From NCBI GenBank assembly GCA_945900775.1, contig CAMDJP010000001.1:11168-75167 (forward strand): DNA of 64,000 nt, written 5' to 3'. The position numbers and the translations under genes were made by a program. The notes beneath the pieces are model-generated. The model was not told where the DNA came from. It did not search any database and saw nothing but the letters and a program-made list of their open reading frames with translations. Below, one piece after another: positions 28,710-38,601 of the stretch. Each line of letters opens with the position of its first letter. Position 1 is the first letter of the stretch. This DNA is from Akkermansia muciniphila (GTDB lineage Bacteria; Verrucomicrobiota; Verrucomicrobiia; Limisphaerales; SIAT01).

Positions 28710-29495
28710 TCACAACAGGCTGACCGAATCGGCGTCGAGCAACAAGGTGCACTGGGGCTGCTTACGGAGGAATGACGCAGGGCAGGCGGTGCTAATCGGT
28801 CCAGTCAAGGCGTCCTTCACGGCTTGAGCCTTTCGCTTCTCGGGACAGAGACAAACCATCTTCTTCGCCGAGCAGAGCATCGGGATAGTTAGCGTCAGCG
28901 CATATTGCGGCACGGCTTCGAGGTTCGGGAAATGCCCCTCGCCGACCTGCTGCATTCGGCAGGCGTAATCGAGTTGAACAATCTTCACTGCGAGCGGATC
29001 AGCAAAGTCGGCCACCGGTGGGTCGTTGAAGGCGATGTGCCCGTTTTCGCCGACGCCGAGGCAGCAGAGATCGATGGGTGCCTCCCGCAGTAGTCGTGTG
29101 TACCGATCGCACTCCTTAATCGGTTCAGCGGCGTCGCCTTCCAAATAGTGAAACGTCCGAGGCTTAACGACGGTCTCGACCCGCTCGCGCATATATCGGC
29201 GAAAGCTTGCCTTGTGCGTCGAGGTAATCCCGAGGTACTCGTCCATGTGGAAAAGAGTAATTTTCGACCAGTCCAGTCCACGCATCGCGGCAAGCTGGGA
29301 AAGGAACTGGAGTTGGGAATTCCCCGTGGCAAGAATCACATGCGCGCGGTCTTGCTTGGCGATGGTGTCACAAAGATAGGCGTGCACCTCGCGAGCCGCA
29401 TCGGCAGCCATTTCGGATTGCTCGCCGCACACTCGAACAGACAACGCATCTACGGTGAACTGTTTTACTGAATTCACATTTGCAATCGGCTTCAT
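28710..29495 (-). CDS. nagB: Glucosamine-6-phosphate deaminase family protein
   Basis: LATGNSQ, FHMDEY, LGVGENGHIAFNDP and CPASFLR motifs. Confidence 0.85.
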   Translation of the reverse strand: MKPIANVNSVKQFTVDALSVRVCGEQSEMAADAAREVHAYLCDTIAKQDRAHVILATGNSQLQFLSQLAAMRGLDWSKITLFHMDEYLGITSTHKASFRRYMRERVETVVKPRTFHYLEGDAAEPIKECDRYTRLLREAPIDLCCLGVGENGHIAFNDPPVADFADPLAVKIVQLDYACRMQQVGEGHFPNLEAVPQYALTLTIPMLCSAKKMVCLCPEKRKAQAVKDALTGPISTACPASFLRKQPQCTLLLDADSVSLL

Positions 29496-29520
29496 ATTCA
29501 AAATCACTGCTCGCGAACGG

Positions 29521-29556
29521 GACTTATACTCTATTAAGTCTTCGTACTCATTTCAA
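29521..29556 (-). promoter_or_regulatory. Putative nagB promoter (TTGAAA-N17-TAGAGT) overlapped by inverted repeat GACTTA-N8-TAAGTC
   Basis: -35 at 29551-29556, -10 at 29528-29533, inverted repeat at 29521-29540. Confidence 0.5.
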
Positions 29557-29604
29557 GCGCGCTGCTTTGACTTTTGCAGGCGCATTTCCTAGCCTCACCG
29601 CGGG

Positions 29605-30903
29605 ATGAATGTCCTCCGCCACACCGATACAGGTTTCACCAGCAAGCTCGAGCGATTGATGCGCGCCTCCAGCCTGTTTGATCCGGAGATTGAGCAACGC
29701 GTCCGTGGCATTCTTGAAGACGTGCGCGCCCGCGGTGACGTCGCGCTCCTCGAATTCGCTGAGCGATTTGATGCCGTTAAGCTAACGACAGAACAATTGA
29801 CAGTATCTCGCGCCGAACTCTTCAACGCCGCCCTTGCCGTCGAGGACCCACTGCGCGCCGCTATGACCCTTGCGGAGAAGAACATCACCGCGTTCGCGCG
29901 CGGTTCATTGCGCAAAAACTGGTCCCGTCGGAACGCACAGGGCGGGAAGGTTGGTGAAAAATTTGACCCTTTTCAGCGCGTCGGAATCTACGTTCCCGGT
30001 GGAAAGGCACCACTTGCCTCTACCGCGTTGATGACCATCACCCTCGCGCGCGCAGCCGGCTGCCATGAAATCATCGTCTGCACTCCATGCGGCAAGGATG
30101 GGAATGTGAATCCAGCGCTGCTGCACGCTGCACGCATGGCTGGCGCGACAGAAATCTACAAGGTTGGCGGTGCGCAGGCCATCGCTGCGATGGCGCTTGG
30201 CACGGCAACCATCCGGCGTGTTCAGAAAATATTCGGTCCTGGAAACGCCTACGTGGTCGCGGCCAAACGCCTCCTCTTTGGCCAAGTCGCAATGGACTTG
30301 CTACCCGGGCCGAGTGAAGTGCTTGTGATTGCCGACGACACGGCTAACGCACGGTTCGCGGCCGCTGACCTGCTCGCACAGGCTGAGCACGGCTCCGGAC
30401 ACGAACGAGTTTGGCTTGTCACGCCTTCGCTGAAAATGCTCCGCGCTGTCGAGAGAGAGATCGCGAAACAGCTCTCGAAGCGATCGCGTCGTGAATTCAT
30501 CGGCAAAGTACTTGCCGAAAACGGTTGGCTCATCCACGTAAAGTCCGTGGATCAGGGAATCGACATCACTAACCGCCTCGCTCCAGAGCATTGCGAGGTG
30601 ATGACCCGCCGCGCTCGGCAGATCTCGGAACGGATTGTCACAGCTGGGGCTATCTTTCTCGGTAACAATTCTCCCACGGTACTCGGAGACTACGTGGCCG
30701 GACCAAGCCACACCCTGCCTACCGGTGGTGCGGGCGCTTCATTCGCCGGTCTTACGGTGGATCAGTTCCAACGCCGCACGAGTGTGGTCGAATACAGTGC
30801 CGCGGCGCTTAAAAAATCACTCGCGGCAGTTGAGCAGTTTGCCGCAATCGAAGGTTTGGAGGCTCACGGTCAATCCGCCGCAATCCGCCTGGAGGGTAAA
30901 TGA
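29605..30903 (+). CDS. hisD: Histidinol dehydrogenase
   Basis: GIYVPGG, GGAQAIAA, GPGNAYV, GPSE, AQAEH, APEH and GDYxAGPSHTLPT motifs. Confidence 0.97.
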   Translation: MNVLRHTDTGFTSKLERLMRASSLFDPEIEQRVRGILEDVRARGDVALLEFAERFDAVKLTTEQLTVSRAELFNAALAVEDPLRAAMTLAEKNITAFARGSLRKNWSRRNAQGGKVGEKFDPFQRVGIYVPGGKAPLASTALMTITLARAAGCHEIIVCTPCGKDGNVNPALLHAARMAGATEIYKVGGAQAIAAMALGTATIRRVQKIFGPGNAYVVAAKRLLFGQVAMDLLPGPSEVLVIADDTANARFAAADLLAQAEHGSGHERVWLVTPSLKMLRAVEREIAKQLSKRSRREFIGKVLAENGWLIHVKSVDQGIDITNRLAPEHCEVMTRRARQISERIVTAGAIFLGNNSPTVLGDYVAGPSHTLPTGGAGASFAGLTVDQFQRRTSVVEYSAAALKKSLAAVEQFAAIEGLEAHGQSAAIRLEGK

Positions 30904-31991
30904 AACTGGTGCGCCCACTCCTCACGCAGCTTCATGCCTATATGCCGGGTGAGCAGCCAAAAATGAAGGGGCTGATCAAACTCAATACTAACGAGAATCC
31001 ATATCCTCCATCCCCAAAAGTATTGCGTACAGTGAAGGCGGCTGTGGACGGGCGCCTAAGGCTTTATCCGAATCCAACCGCTCACGAGTTGCGCAAAAAA
31101 CTCGCCAAGCTCCATCACTGTGCGACGGAGAATATTATCATCGGAAATGGCTCGGATGAACTGCTGGCTTTAGCGACGAGAGCTTTTGTCGAACCGAAGG
31201 CAGCCAGCACTGCCGAGTTTTCGCGCTCGACCGTCCAGTACTTCACGCCAAGCTATTCACTCTACCCCGTACTCGCGGAGATTCACGGTTCGCGGCAAAA
31301 CGCCGTGCCGCTGCGAGCGGATTTCAGTTTGCCTTCGCCGCGCGAGCTGAAGCGAGACCGGCAATGGGATTTCAAGGCGGCACTATCGTTTATCACGACG
31401 CCAAACGCCCCAACGGGCCGTGGCTACTCGGCTGCCGAATTGCGCGCGCTCTGCAAGGCTCAGCAGGGCGTTGTAATCCTAGATGAGGCTTACGTTGATT
31501 TTGCCCAGGAAGATGCCCAGCGGCTCGCGCTCGAGTTCCCGCATGTCCTTGTCTCTCGCACGTTCAGCAAGGCCTACTCGCTCTGTTTCCAGCGCATTGG
31601 CTATTTCATCGGCCATCCTCTGCTCATTGCGGCGTTGGACAAGGTTCGTGACAGCTACAACGTGAATGGGCTCGGGCAGATTGCCGCATTAGCGACGCTC
31701 AGTGATTTGCCGTATTATCTTAGGAATTTTCGCCGCATCATCGCCACGCGGGAGCAATTGCGCCGTGAACTAACCGGGCTGGGCTTTGCAGTGTTGCCGA
31801 GCCAGGCGAATTTTCTGTTCACAAAGCCACCCTGTTTTCCAGCAGGAGAATGGCTTAAGAAATTGCGTAGTCGAAAGGTTCTTGTGCGCTGGTTCAACTC
31901 CGATACCGGGCGTGATTACCTCCGCATCACTATCGGTTCCGAGCGCGAAGCGGCCATGCTGTTGCGCGCCGTGCGTTCTATCCTCAAATAA
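30900..31991 (+). CDS. hisC: Histidinol-phosphate aminotransferase
   Basis: KLNTNENPY, GNGSDE, DEAYVDF and RTFSKAY motifs; ATGA overlap with hisD. Confidence 0.93.
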   Translation: MKLVRPLLTQLHAYMPGEQPKMKGLIKLNTNENPYPPSPKVLRTVKAAVDGRLRLYPNPTAHELRKKLAKLHHCATENIIIGNGSDELLALATRAFVEPKAASTAEFSRSTVQYFTPSYSLYPVLAEIHGSRQNAVPLRADFSLPSPRELKRDRQWDFKAALSFITTPNAPTGRGYSAAELRALCKAQQGVVILDEAYVDFAQEDAQRLALEFPHVLVSRTFSKAYSLCFQRIGYFIGHPLLIAALDKVRDSYNVNGLGQIAALATLSDLPYYLRNFRRIIATREQLRRELTGLGFAVLPSQANFLFTKPPCFPAGEWLKKLRSRKVLVRWFNSDTGRDYLRITIGSEREAAMLLRAVRSILK

Positions 31992-31992
31992 A

Positions 31993-33621
31993 ATGCCAGC
32001 CAGCCTCCCCTCCTGCGTTATTCATGAGGACGAGCATCTGCTCGTGGTGAACAAGCCGGCTGGATGGAATACTCACGCCCCTAGTTCGTATGCTGGAGAA
32101 GGCATCTATGATTGGCTGCGCCATCGCGAACCGCGTTGGGCCGCCCTTGCCATTATCCAGCGTCTGGATAAGGAGACGAGCGGCGTGATGGTTTTCGCTA
32201 AAACTCCCGCGGCGAACCAATCCCTCACCGAGCAGTTTACCAATCGTGAAGTCCGGAAGAAATACCTGCTCCTCACCGATTGCAACGTCGCGCAGGACCA
32301 ATTTACGGTGAAATCGAGCATCGCCCGTCTCGGCGACCGCTACGCGAGCAACCCTAATGGCGAACCTGCAGAGACGCGTTTCCGAGTGCTTGAACGACAG
32401 AATGGCCGAACACTCGTCGAGGCTGAGCCGTTGACTGGTCGGACACATCAGATCCGTGTCCACGCGAGCGAGAGCGGCTTTTCCATTCTCGGAGACACGC
32501 TCTACGGAGGAACGTCGGCGACGCGAACGTGCCTTCATTCCGCGGAGCTAGCATTCGCGCACCCTGCCGATCATAAATCCGTGAGTTTCACTGTGCCCAC
32601 GGATTTTGACGCCGATGCCCGCTTGCTGCTGCGAGCTGCTGCGATTGATTCCGAGCAAACCGATGCATTTCGCATCATCCACGGAGCTTCGGATGGCTGG
32701 CCTGGCTGGTACGTGGAACGACTCGGGGACTTTGGCTTGTCACAAAGCGAACAGCTCCTGAGCGACCGTCAACGCATCTTGCTCGCTCAACTTTGCGAAA
32801 TGCCTTCGCCTAAAGCCACCCATCCGCAGGGCGCCACCCCTGTCTTACGCGGTGTCTATCACAAAACCCTTACGCGACGGCTCCTGAAAACAGCAGTCAG
32901 CGAAGCTTCACCGCAATTGCTGCTCGGGGAATCTTCCCTAGAACGTTTTGGAATTCGCGAGAACGGCTTTCAATTCGAGCTTAGTTTTGCCGAGGGCTAC
33001 TCGATGGGTCTATTCCTCGACCAGCGCGACAACCGCCGCCGGTTTATCACCAACCACCTGGCAGCAGGGTTTCCGCTGTTTCCCGATGGGATTGCAGCTA
33101 AAGAGGTCCTGAACACGTTCGCCTACACGTGCGGTTTTTCAGTTTGCGCAGCCTCTGCAGGCGCGCGCGTGACAAGCCTTGATCTCTCGCGGAAATATTT
33201 GGATTGGGGACGCCGCAACTTCGTACTGAACGGGCTAGACCCATCGGGGCACGACTTCATCTACGGCGACGTGTTCGATTGGCTGCGGCGGTTTGCAAAA
33301 AAGGGCAGGGGCTTTGACGCCATCGCACTCGATCCCCCCACATTTTCACAATCAAAGGAAAGTGGCGTGTTCCGTGCTGAGAAAGATTATGGCCGGTTGG
33401 TGGACGCAGCATTGAAGCTTCTTCGACCTTCTGGCGTGCTGTTCGCCTCGACCAACGCCGCAACCATGCGCCCTGAGGATTTCGTCGGGACGGTGACCGC
33501 AGCGGTGCGAACTTCAGGTCGGCGAGTGCTGCAACAGCACTACGCTCCGCAGCCGCCAGATTTTCCAATCAGCCGCGAAGAGCCTGCATATTTGAAAACG
33601 CTCTGGATGCGGGTTTCCTAA
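31993..33621 (+). CDS. RluA-family pseudouridine synthase fused to an RlmI/RlmK-like class I SAM methyltransferase
   Basis: VNKPAG, RLDKETSG, TGRTHQIRVH and LGDxLYG; then GLFLDQRDNR, LNTFAYTCGFS and LDPPTF. Confidence 0.9.
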   Translation: MPASLPSCVIHEDEHLLVVNKPAGWNTHAPSSYAGEGIYDWLRHREPRWAALAIIQRLDKETSGVMVFAKTPAANQSLTEQFTNREVRKKYLLLTDCNVAQDQFTVKSSIARLGDRYASNPNGEPAETRFRVLERQNGRTLVEAEPLTGRTHQIRVHASESGFSILGDTLYGGTSATRTCLHSAELAFAHPADHKSVSFTVPTDFDADARLLLRAAAIDSEQTDAFRIIHGASDGWPGWYVERLGDFGLSQSEQLLSDRQRILLAQLCEMPSPKATHPQGATPVLRGVYHKTLTRRLLKTAVSEASPQLLLGESSLERFGIRENGFQFELSFAEGYSMGLFLDQRDNRRRFITNHLAAGFPLFPDGIAAKEVLNTFAYTCGFSVCAASAGARVTSLDLSRKYLDWGRRNFVLNGLDPSGHDFIYGDVFDWLRRFAKKGRGFDAIALDPPTFSQSKESGVFRAEKDYGRLVDAALKLLRPSGVLFASTNAATMRPEDFVGTVTAAVRTSGRRVLQQHYAPQPPDFPISREEPAYLKTLWMRVS

Positions 33622-33653
33622 AACCTGTACACAGCGACGAGCCAGAAAAAGTT

Positions 33654-34124
33654 TCAGTGCGGTTTACGAAAACGCTCCCGTTCACGGCGATTGAACGTCT
33701 CAACGTCAGCCTTCATCTCGCCGAGAGATTGGGCGAGCACGCGGATGAATTGGCCGCAACTCTGAGCCATTCCGCCAAGCCCGATGACGGTGTCGCGTTC
33801 AGCAAAATCATCGGTAATGACGAGCACTTCTCCGTAGGGCTTCATCCGATGCGCTGTGCGCTCGATCATGTCGTCGGCGGTCTGTCCAGCCTTCGAATAG
33901 AGCACCTCGACTGCAGAAGTTGAAATCGGTTTGGGTGCGCCAGTGGGAGCATTCGCTCCATCGAAAAAGATGCTGAGGGGCGTTCCCGAGGCGTCGTGAT
34001 ACTGGGTGAGGATCGCGATTAACTCGTCTCGCGCGGCGGCGGAGAACCGAGGTTTCCCCTCGGCTAGTTCCGGCCACGCGTGCAGCAGGCTGTAGCCATC
34101 CACAAGAATGCGAACGAGCGCCAT
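33654..34124 (-). CDS. NYN domain ribonuclease (YacP/Rae1-like)
   Basis: ILVDGYS, FFDG, TADDMIE and VITDD acidic motifs. Confidence 0.85.
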   Translation of the reverse strand: MALVRILVDGYSLLHAWPELAEGKPRFSAAARDELIAILTQYHDASGTPLSIFFDGANAPTGAPKPISTSAVEVLYSKAGQTADDMIERTAHRMKPYGEVLVITDDFAERDTVIGLGGMAQSCGQFIRVLAQSLGEMKADVETFNRRERERFRKPH

Positions 34125-34251
34125 GGCACTAAATTACGAAAGTAAGGTCAGAAGTAGAATCAGAAAGTGCTGACAAAATGTACCGCGGCGATTGCGTGCT
34201 GCAAAGGCTTCTCAAACCCGAACCGTGTTGCTAGGATGGACGCGGTTATTT

Positions 34252-35292
34252 ATGAAGAAGAAACCGATTGTGCCGGCGACGGTGCTGACTGGCTTCCTAG
34301 GAGCAGGGAAAACAACTCTGCTCACACATTTGCTTACGCAACCACACGGTTACAAGTGTGCGATCATTATCAACGAGTTCGGATCGGTGGGCATCGATCA
34401 CCAGATTGTGGTGGGGACCGATGAGGAAATCGTGGAACTAAGCAACGGCTGCCTTTGCTGCCGGGTGCGCGGCGATCTGGTGAAAAGTATCGAAGGCCTG
34501 TTCGATCGGGCAAAAAAGTTCGACTACATCATCATCGAGACGACCGGTTTGGCCGATCCTAGCCCAATCTCATACACGTTCTTTCAGGAAAACTTCGCCA
34601 ACCGAGTCCGACTCGACGCCATCGTGACGGTGGTGGATGCGCGCCATATCGAAAAATCGTTGAGCGAGGCGCCGGAGGCCTCCGCGCAGGTGGCTTTCGC
34701 CGATGTGCTGCTCCTGAATAAAACAGACCTTGTGGACAGATCGGCGCTGGAACGAATCACAGCGCGACTGCGCCGAATGAATCGGCTGGCTCAAATTCAC
34801 CGAACAGAGCGCTCTCAGATTGATGTTGGTAAAATCCTGAACGTGCGCTCCCGCGACCTCTCGGCGCCGACGATTCCGCTGGAAGCCCAGACGCACGACG
34901 AGCACTGTTCCCACTCAGACCACGACCACGATCATTCGCACGACTGTGGCCATGATCATGATCACGGGCACGCTGATCATGGGCATCACGATGACACGGT
35001 GAAATCCTTCGTCCTCACCGAGGAACGTCCTTTGGACCTGAAGAAGACCGAACAGTGGCTGGCTGAGTTGCTCGGGAAATCGGGGGAGCAGATTTATCGC
35101 AGCAAAGGCATTCTTCACATCAAGGGGCAGGCGAAGCGCGTAGTATTTCAAGGTGTCCAGATGATGTTCGACAATGTGCCTGATCGCTTTTGGAATCCGG
35201 GTGAGAAACGCCAAAGCCAACTCGTGTTCATCGGCCGGGACATCGATGAAGTCGCTATCCGCCAGGGCTTCGCCGAGTGTGTAGCCGCTTGA
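34252..35292 (+). CDS. COG0523/CobW family GTPase metallochaperone with His-rich insert
   Basis: TGFLGAGKTT, NEFG, GCLCC, ETTGLADP and NKTD motifs; HD-rich stretch; CobW_C domain. Confidence 0.93.
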   Translation: MKKKPIVPATVLTGFLGAGKTTLLTHLLTQPHGYKCAIIINEFGSVGIDHQIVVGTDEEIVELSNGCLCCRVRGDLVKSIEGLFDRAKKFDYIIIETTGLADPSPISYTFFQENFANRVRLDAIVTVVDARHIEKSLSEAPEASAQVAFADVLLLNKTDLVDRSALERITARLRRMNRLAQIHRTERSQIDVGKILNVRSRDLSAPTIPLEAQTHDEHCSHSDHDHDHSHDCGHDHDHGHADHGHHDDTVKSFVLTEERPLDLKKTEQWLAELLGKSGEQIYRSKGILHIKGQAKRVVFQGVQMMFDNVPDRFWNPGEKRQSQLVFIGRDIDEVAIRQGFAECVAA

Positions 35293-35322
35293 TTGCCCTC
35301 GTTAGATTGATTTAATTGAGCT

Positions 35323-35580
35323 ATGCCTATTTACGAGTACGAGCTGTGCGAGGGTGATTGCAAGGTTTGCGGCGGCAAGTTCACCCTGCATCGGCCCATA
35401 AGTGCGCCGATGCTGAAGGAATGCCCTGCCTGTCACAAGCCAGTGCGGAAGATTTTCTCTGTGTTCAACTCCCCGAATTTGGGGGTCTCTGTCTCGAAGG
35501 CGAACGATGCCGGCTTTACTGTCCTCAAGCGAATCAGCAAAGGCGAATACGAGGTTCACAAACCCAAGAAAGGGGTGTGA
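35323..35580 (+). CDS. FmdB family zinc-ribbon protein
   Basis: MPIYEY...CKVC...CPAC. Confidence 0.88.
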   Translation: MPIYEYELCEGDCKVCGGKFTLHRPISAPMLKECPACHKPVRKIFSVFNSPNLGVSVSKANDAGFTVLKRISKGEYEVHKPKKGV

Positions 35581-35581
35581 T

Positions 35582-35860
35582 GTGCCGCGCGTCCGACTCC
35601 ACGTCTTCTATGCCGGGCGCGTCCAGGGTGTCGGGTTTCGCTACGCCGCCAAGCAAGCGGCGGCTGGTTACGAGGTCACGGGCACGGTGCGCAACCTGAA
35701 CGATGGCCGCGTGGAGTTAGTGGCCGAGGGCGAGCGTGCCGAACTAGAGACTTTTCAAGACGGAATCCGTGAGGCAGGGTTGCGGCGCTTGATCCGGGAC
35801 GAGCAGGTGCTCTGGAGTGAAGCCAGCGGTGAATTCCGCGGTTTCGAGATTGTCCGGTAG
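35582..35860 (+). CDS. acyP: Acylphosphatase
   Basis: GRVQGVGFR and GTVRNLNDGRVE motifs; GTG start at 35582. Confidence 0.93.
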   Translation: MPRVRLHVFYAGRVQGVGFRYAAKQAAAGYEVTGTVRNLNDGRVELVAEGERAELETFQDGIREAGLRRLIRDEQVLWSEASGEFRGFEIVR

Positions 35861-35881
35861 GCTCAAAATTTAGTTCCGCTT

Positions 35882-36616
35882 GTGAAATTCGCGATTATTT
35901 CCGATATCCACGCCAACTTGGAGGCGTTGCAGGCAGTGTTGGCTGATGCCAAACAGCGAGGGTGCACGAACTACGCCTGCGCGGGGGATGTGGTGGGCTA
36001 CAACGCCAACCCCAAGGAATGTCTCGATATCGTCCGCGAAATGGAAATGCCCTGCGTGTTGGGCAACCACGACGAGTATTGTTCCGCGGATATCGACCTG
36101 ACCTCCTTCAACGAATCGGCGGCGGCCGCCGTGCTTTGGACTCGAAATCATCTTATCGAGGCTGACAAGCAGTGGCTCAAGGAGCTCCGATACATTCGTC
36201 TCGTCGAAAGTTTCTCCATCGTTCACGCCACAATGGATGGCCCGCGGCGTTGGGGTTATGTGACCGACAAGCTGGCTGCCGCAGCCAGTTTCTCCTATCA
36301 AACCACGAACGTCTGTTTCCACGGCCACACTCACGTGCCCGTTGCGTTCATGCAGGTGAAGGGTGCTCAGGGATTTGTGCAAGGCGGCACCTACACGCGC
36401 ATCATCGTTGAGCCAACCAAGCGTTATTTCGTGAACGTCGGCAGTGTAGGGCAACCACGGGACGGTGATCCCCGGGCGTCCTACGCGACCTACGATTTTG
36501 CCAAACGTGAGATCGAGTTGCACCGTCTCGACTACGACATCGCCACAACGCAGCGGAAAATCAGGGAAGCCGGTCTGCCTGAGCGGTTGGCCATGCGCCT
36601 TGAAGTCGGGCGCTAG
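35882..36616 (+). CDS. Metallophosphoesterase family protein
   Basis: SDIHAN, GDVVGY, GNHD, GHTH and NVGSVGQPRD motifs. Confidence 0.92.
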   Translation: MKFAIISDIHANLEALQAVLADAKQRGCTNYACAGDVVGYNANPKECLDIVREMEMPCVLGNHDEYCSADIDLTSFNESAAAAVLWTRNHLIEADKQWLKELRYIRLVESFSIVHATMDGPRRWGYVTDKLAAAASFSYQTTNVCFHGHTHVPVAFMQVKGAQGFVQGGTYTRIIVEPTKRYFVNVGSVGQPRDGDPRASYATYDFAKREIELHRLDYDIATTQRKIREAGLPERLAMRLEVGR

Positions 36617-36631
36617 CCAGCTTGCCAGAGC

Positions 36632-37654
36632 GTGAAAATTCTCATTCTCAAGCCTAGCTCCATCGGTGATGTGGTGCAGGCGCTCCCCGTCCTCCGTTTG
36701 CTTAGGCGGCATTTTCCTCAGAGCGAGATCCATTGGTGGATTGATCGTGCGCTCGCTCCGCTTCTGGAAGGCGATCCAGATTTGACGGGTATTATTCCAT
36801 TCGATCGGCGCGAGTTTCACACATTTCAAGGATGGAATCATGTTTTCCGCTCCGTTCGCGCGATGCGTGCTCAGCACTTCGACTGGGTGATTGATTTGCA
36901 AGGCCTCGCACGCAGCGGTGCCATTGCGTGGATGGCCAAAGGTGGTTTTAGCATTGGCGTTAACACCGGGCGCGAATGCGGGCGAGGTTTCTACAACTGC
37001 ACAGTCGACCGCCCATCGCCCAGCAGTCATGCGGTCGATTGGTACCTTGCGGTGTTGCGCGCGCTCGATGTGCCAGTGCATCTGGATTACGACTGGCTTC
37101 CGCAGCGCGCATCGCAAGCGGCTTCCTTCGCCCAAAAATGGCCTCAGGACGGCAGTCGCTGGATTGCGATTGCCCCCGGCGCGCGCTGGGACAACAAGCG
37201 CTGGCCGGTCGAACATTTCGCGAAGGCCATCCAACGCCTGTTAGCTTACGATATGCGGCTGCGCATTGTTATTCTTGGCAGCCGTGATGACGTGGTCCGC
37301 GGCGCGGCGCTGGCAGGGATGGACACGACTCGCTGCCTTGATTTGACGGGACAGACGACATTGCCGGAGATGATTGAATGGGTTCGTCGAAGCGATTTAC
37401 TCATCTCGAATGACACTGGGACAATTCACGTGGCCGCGGCATTGCAAAAGCCCGTCGTGGCACTCTTTGGCCCAACGGATCCAGCTCAGACGGGGCCTTA
37501 CGGGCAGCAGCACCAGGTTCTACGCACCGTCCTGCCGTGCGCGCCTTGCATGAAAGGTCGGTGCAGCTACGAACTGCCAGTGGAATGCTTACGCGCCATC
37601 ACACCCGAGCGGGTCGCCACTGAGGCGTTGCGCCGACTGAGCGGTGCTCTGTGA
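36632..37654 (+). CDS. LPS heptosyltransferase (GT9, WaaC/WaaF-like)
   Basis: KPSSIGDVV, DLQGLARS, KRWP, NDTGxxH and LFGPT motifs. Confidence 0.9.
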   Translation: MKILILKPSSIGDVVQALPVLRLLRRHFPQSEIHWWIDRALAPLLEGDPDLTGIIPFDRREFHTFQGWNHVFRSVRAMRAQHFDWVIDLQGLARSGAIAWMAKGGFSIGVNTGRECGRGFYNCTVDRPSPSSHAVDWYLAVLRALDVPVHLDYDWLPQRASQAASFAQKWPQDGSRWIAIAPGARWDNKRWPVEHFAKAIQRLLAYDMRLRIVILGSRDDVVRGAALAGMDTTRCLDLTGQTTLPEMIEWVRRSDLLISNDTGTIHVAAALQKPVVALFGPTDPAQTGPYGQQHQVLRTVLPCAPCMKGRCSYELPVECLRAITPERVATEALRRLSGAL

Positions 37655-37710
37655 ACAGAGTGGCGATAATTTCCCATTGCGTCCGCAGGTGTCTGACCTA
37701 AATTTGTTGG

Positions 37711-38595
37711 GTGCGATGGGCCCTTTCAATTTTGTCCCTCTCCCTACTCGTGGTTTCCACCGCCCTGTCACAGCGCGTGGCGATTGAACTGGTCACGGAG
37801 CAGGATACTTTCCTGCCGAATGAGCCACTGTACGTAGGCGTACGTATCACCAACCGCTCCGGCCAGCCGGTCATCTTCGGCCAAGACGAAGACTGGATTA
37901 AATTCTCGGTGTTCGGTCAGAAGCGGATGCCGGTGGCAAAAGCTGGCGATCCTGCTGGCGGCGGGATCTTTGTGGTTCCATCATCGTCGCGGTCGATCAA
38001 GTGGTTCGATCTCGCGCCTTTCTTTGAGATGAACCAAATTGGCCCTTACACCATCAGTGCCACCGTGAAGGTCAAGCAATGGAACGAGGTGATTATTGCA
38101 AACCCTCCCAAAACCGTCAACGTGGTCAAAGGCGTGACCATCGGAGAGCAGGAGTTCGGTCTGCCGACGCCCATCGGCAGCAGTAAACCGCCGGAACTGC
38201 GCAAATATATTCTTCAACAGGTGCGGCATCCCAACCAACACCGCCTCTACGTGCGCGTGACGGACGATACGGGGTTCAAGATTTTCGGTGTGACGCCCAT
38301 TGGTACGCTGGTGTCTTTCAGCAAACCAGAGTTTCAGGTGGATCAAGTCGGCAACCTGCACGTGCTGCACCAAAATGGCGCGAAGACCTTCAACTACTGT
38401 ATCGCCAACCCCGCCGGAACCGTCGTGGCACGGCAGACGCACGAATACACGGCGAAGCGACCTGTGCTCGCGGTGGATGAAGTCGGCAGGACGGTCGTTC
38501 AGGGAGGACAGCGCAAGCCTTTGCCCTCGGACATTCCACCCTCGCTGCCACCAGAGAAATCTGACACGACGAACAACCTCGTCCTGCCCCGCTGA
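37711..38595 (+). CDS. Exported hypothetical protein (beta-rich)
   Basis: Signal peptide; 294-aa ORF filling the gap; no family recognised. Confidence 0.7.
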   Translation: MRWALSILSLSLLVVSTALSQRVAIELVTEQDTFLPNEPLYVGVRITNRSGQPVIFGQDEDWIKFSVFGQKRMPVAKAGDPAGGGIFVVPSSSRSIKWFDLAPFFEMNQIGPYTISATVKVKQWNEVIIANPPKTVNVVKGVTIGEQEFGLPTPIGSSKPPELRKYILQQVRHPNQHRLYVRVTDDTGFKIFGVTPIGTLVSFSKPEFQVDQVGNLHVLHQNGAKTFNYCIANPAGTVVARQTHEYTAKRPVLAVDEVGRTVVQGGQRKPLPSDIPPSLPPEKSDTTNNLVLPR

Positions 38596-38601
38596 CCTTG
38601 C

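Noticed and set aside
34125-34251. TTGC-N5-GCAA upstream of the COG0523 gene as a Zur-type box
   Set aside because: Only a 4-bp arm; too weak to support.
34895-34995. CACGAC/CATGAT-rich repetitive stretch
   Set aside because: Encodes the normal His/Asp-rich insert of COG0523 proteins; not a DNA repeat array.
35870-37234. 454-aa - strand ORF
   Set aside because: Antisense to two well-supported genes; no recognisable features.
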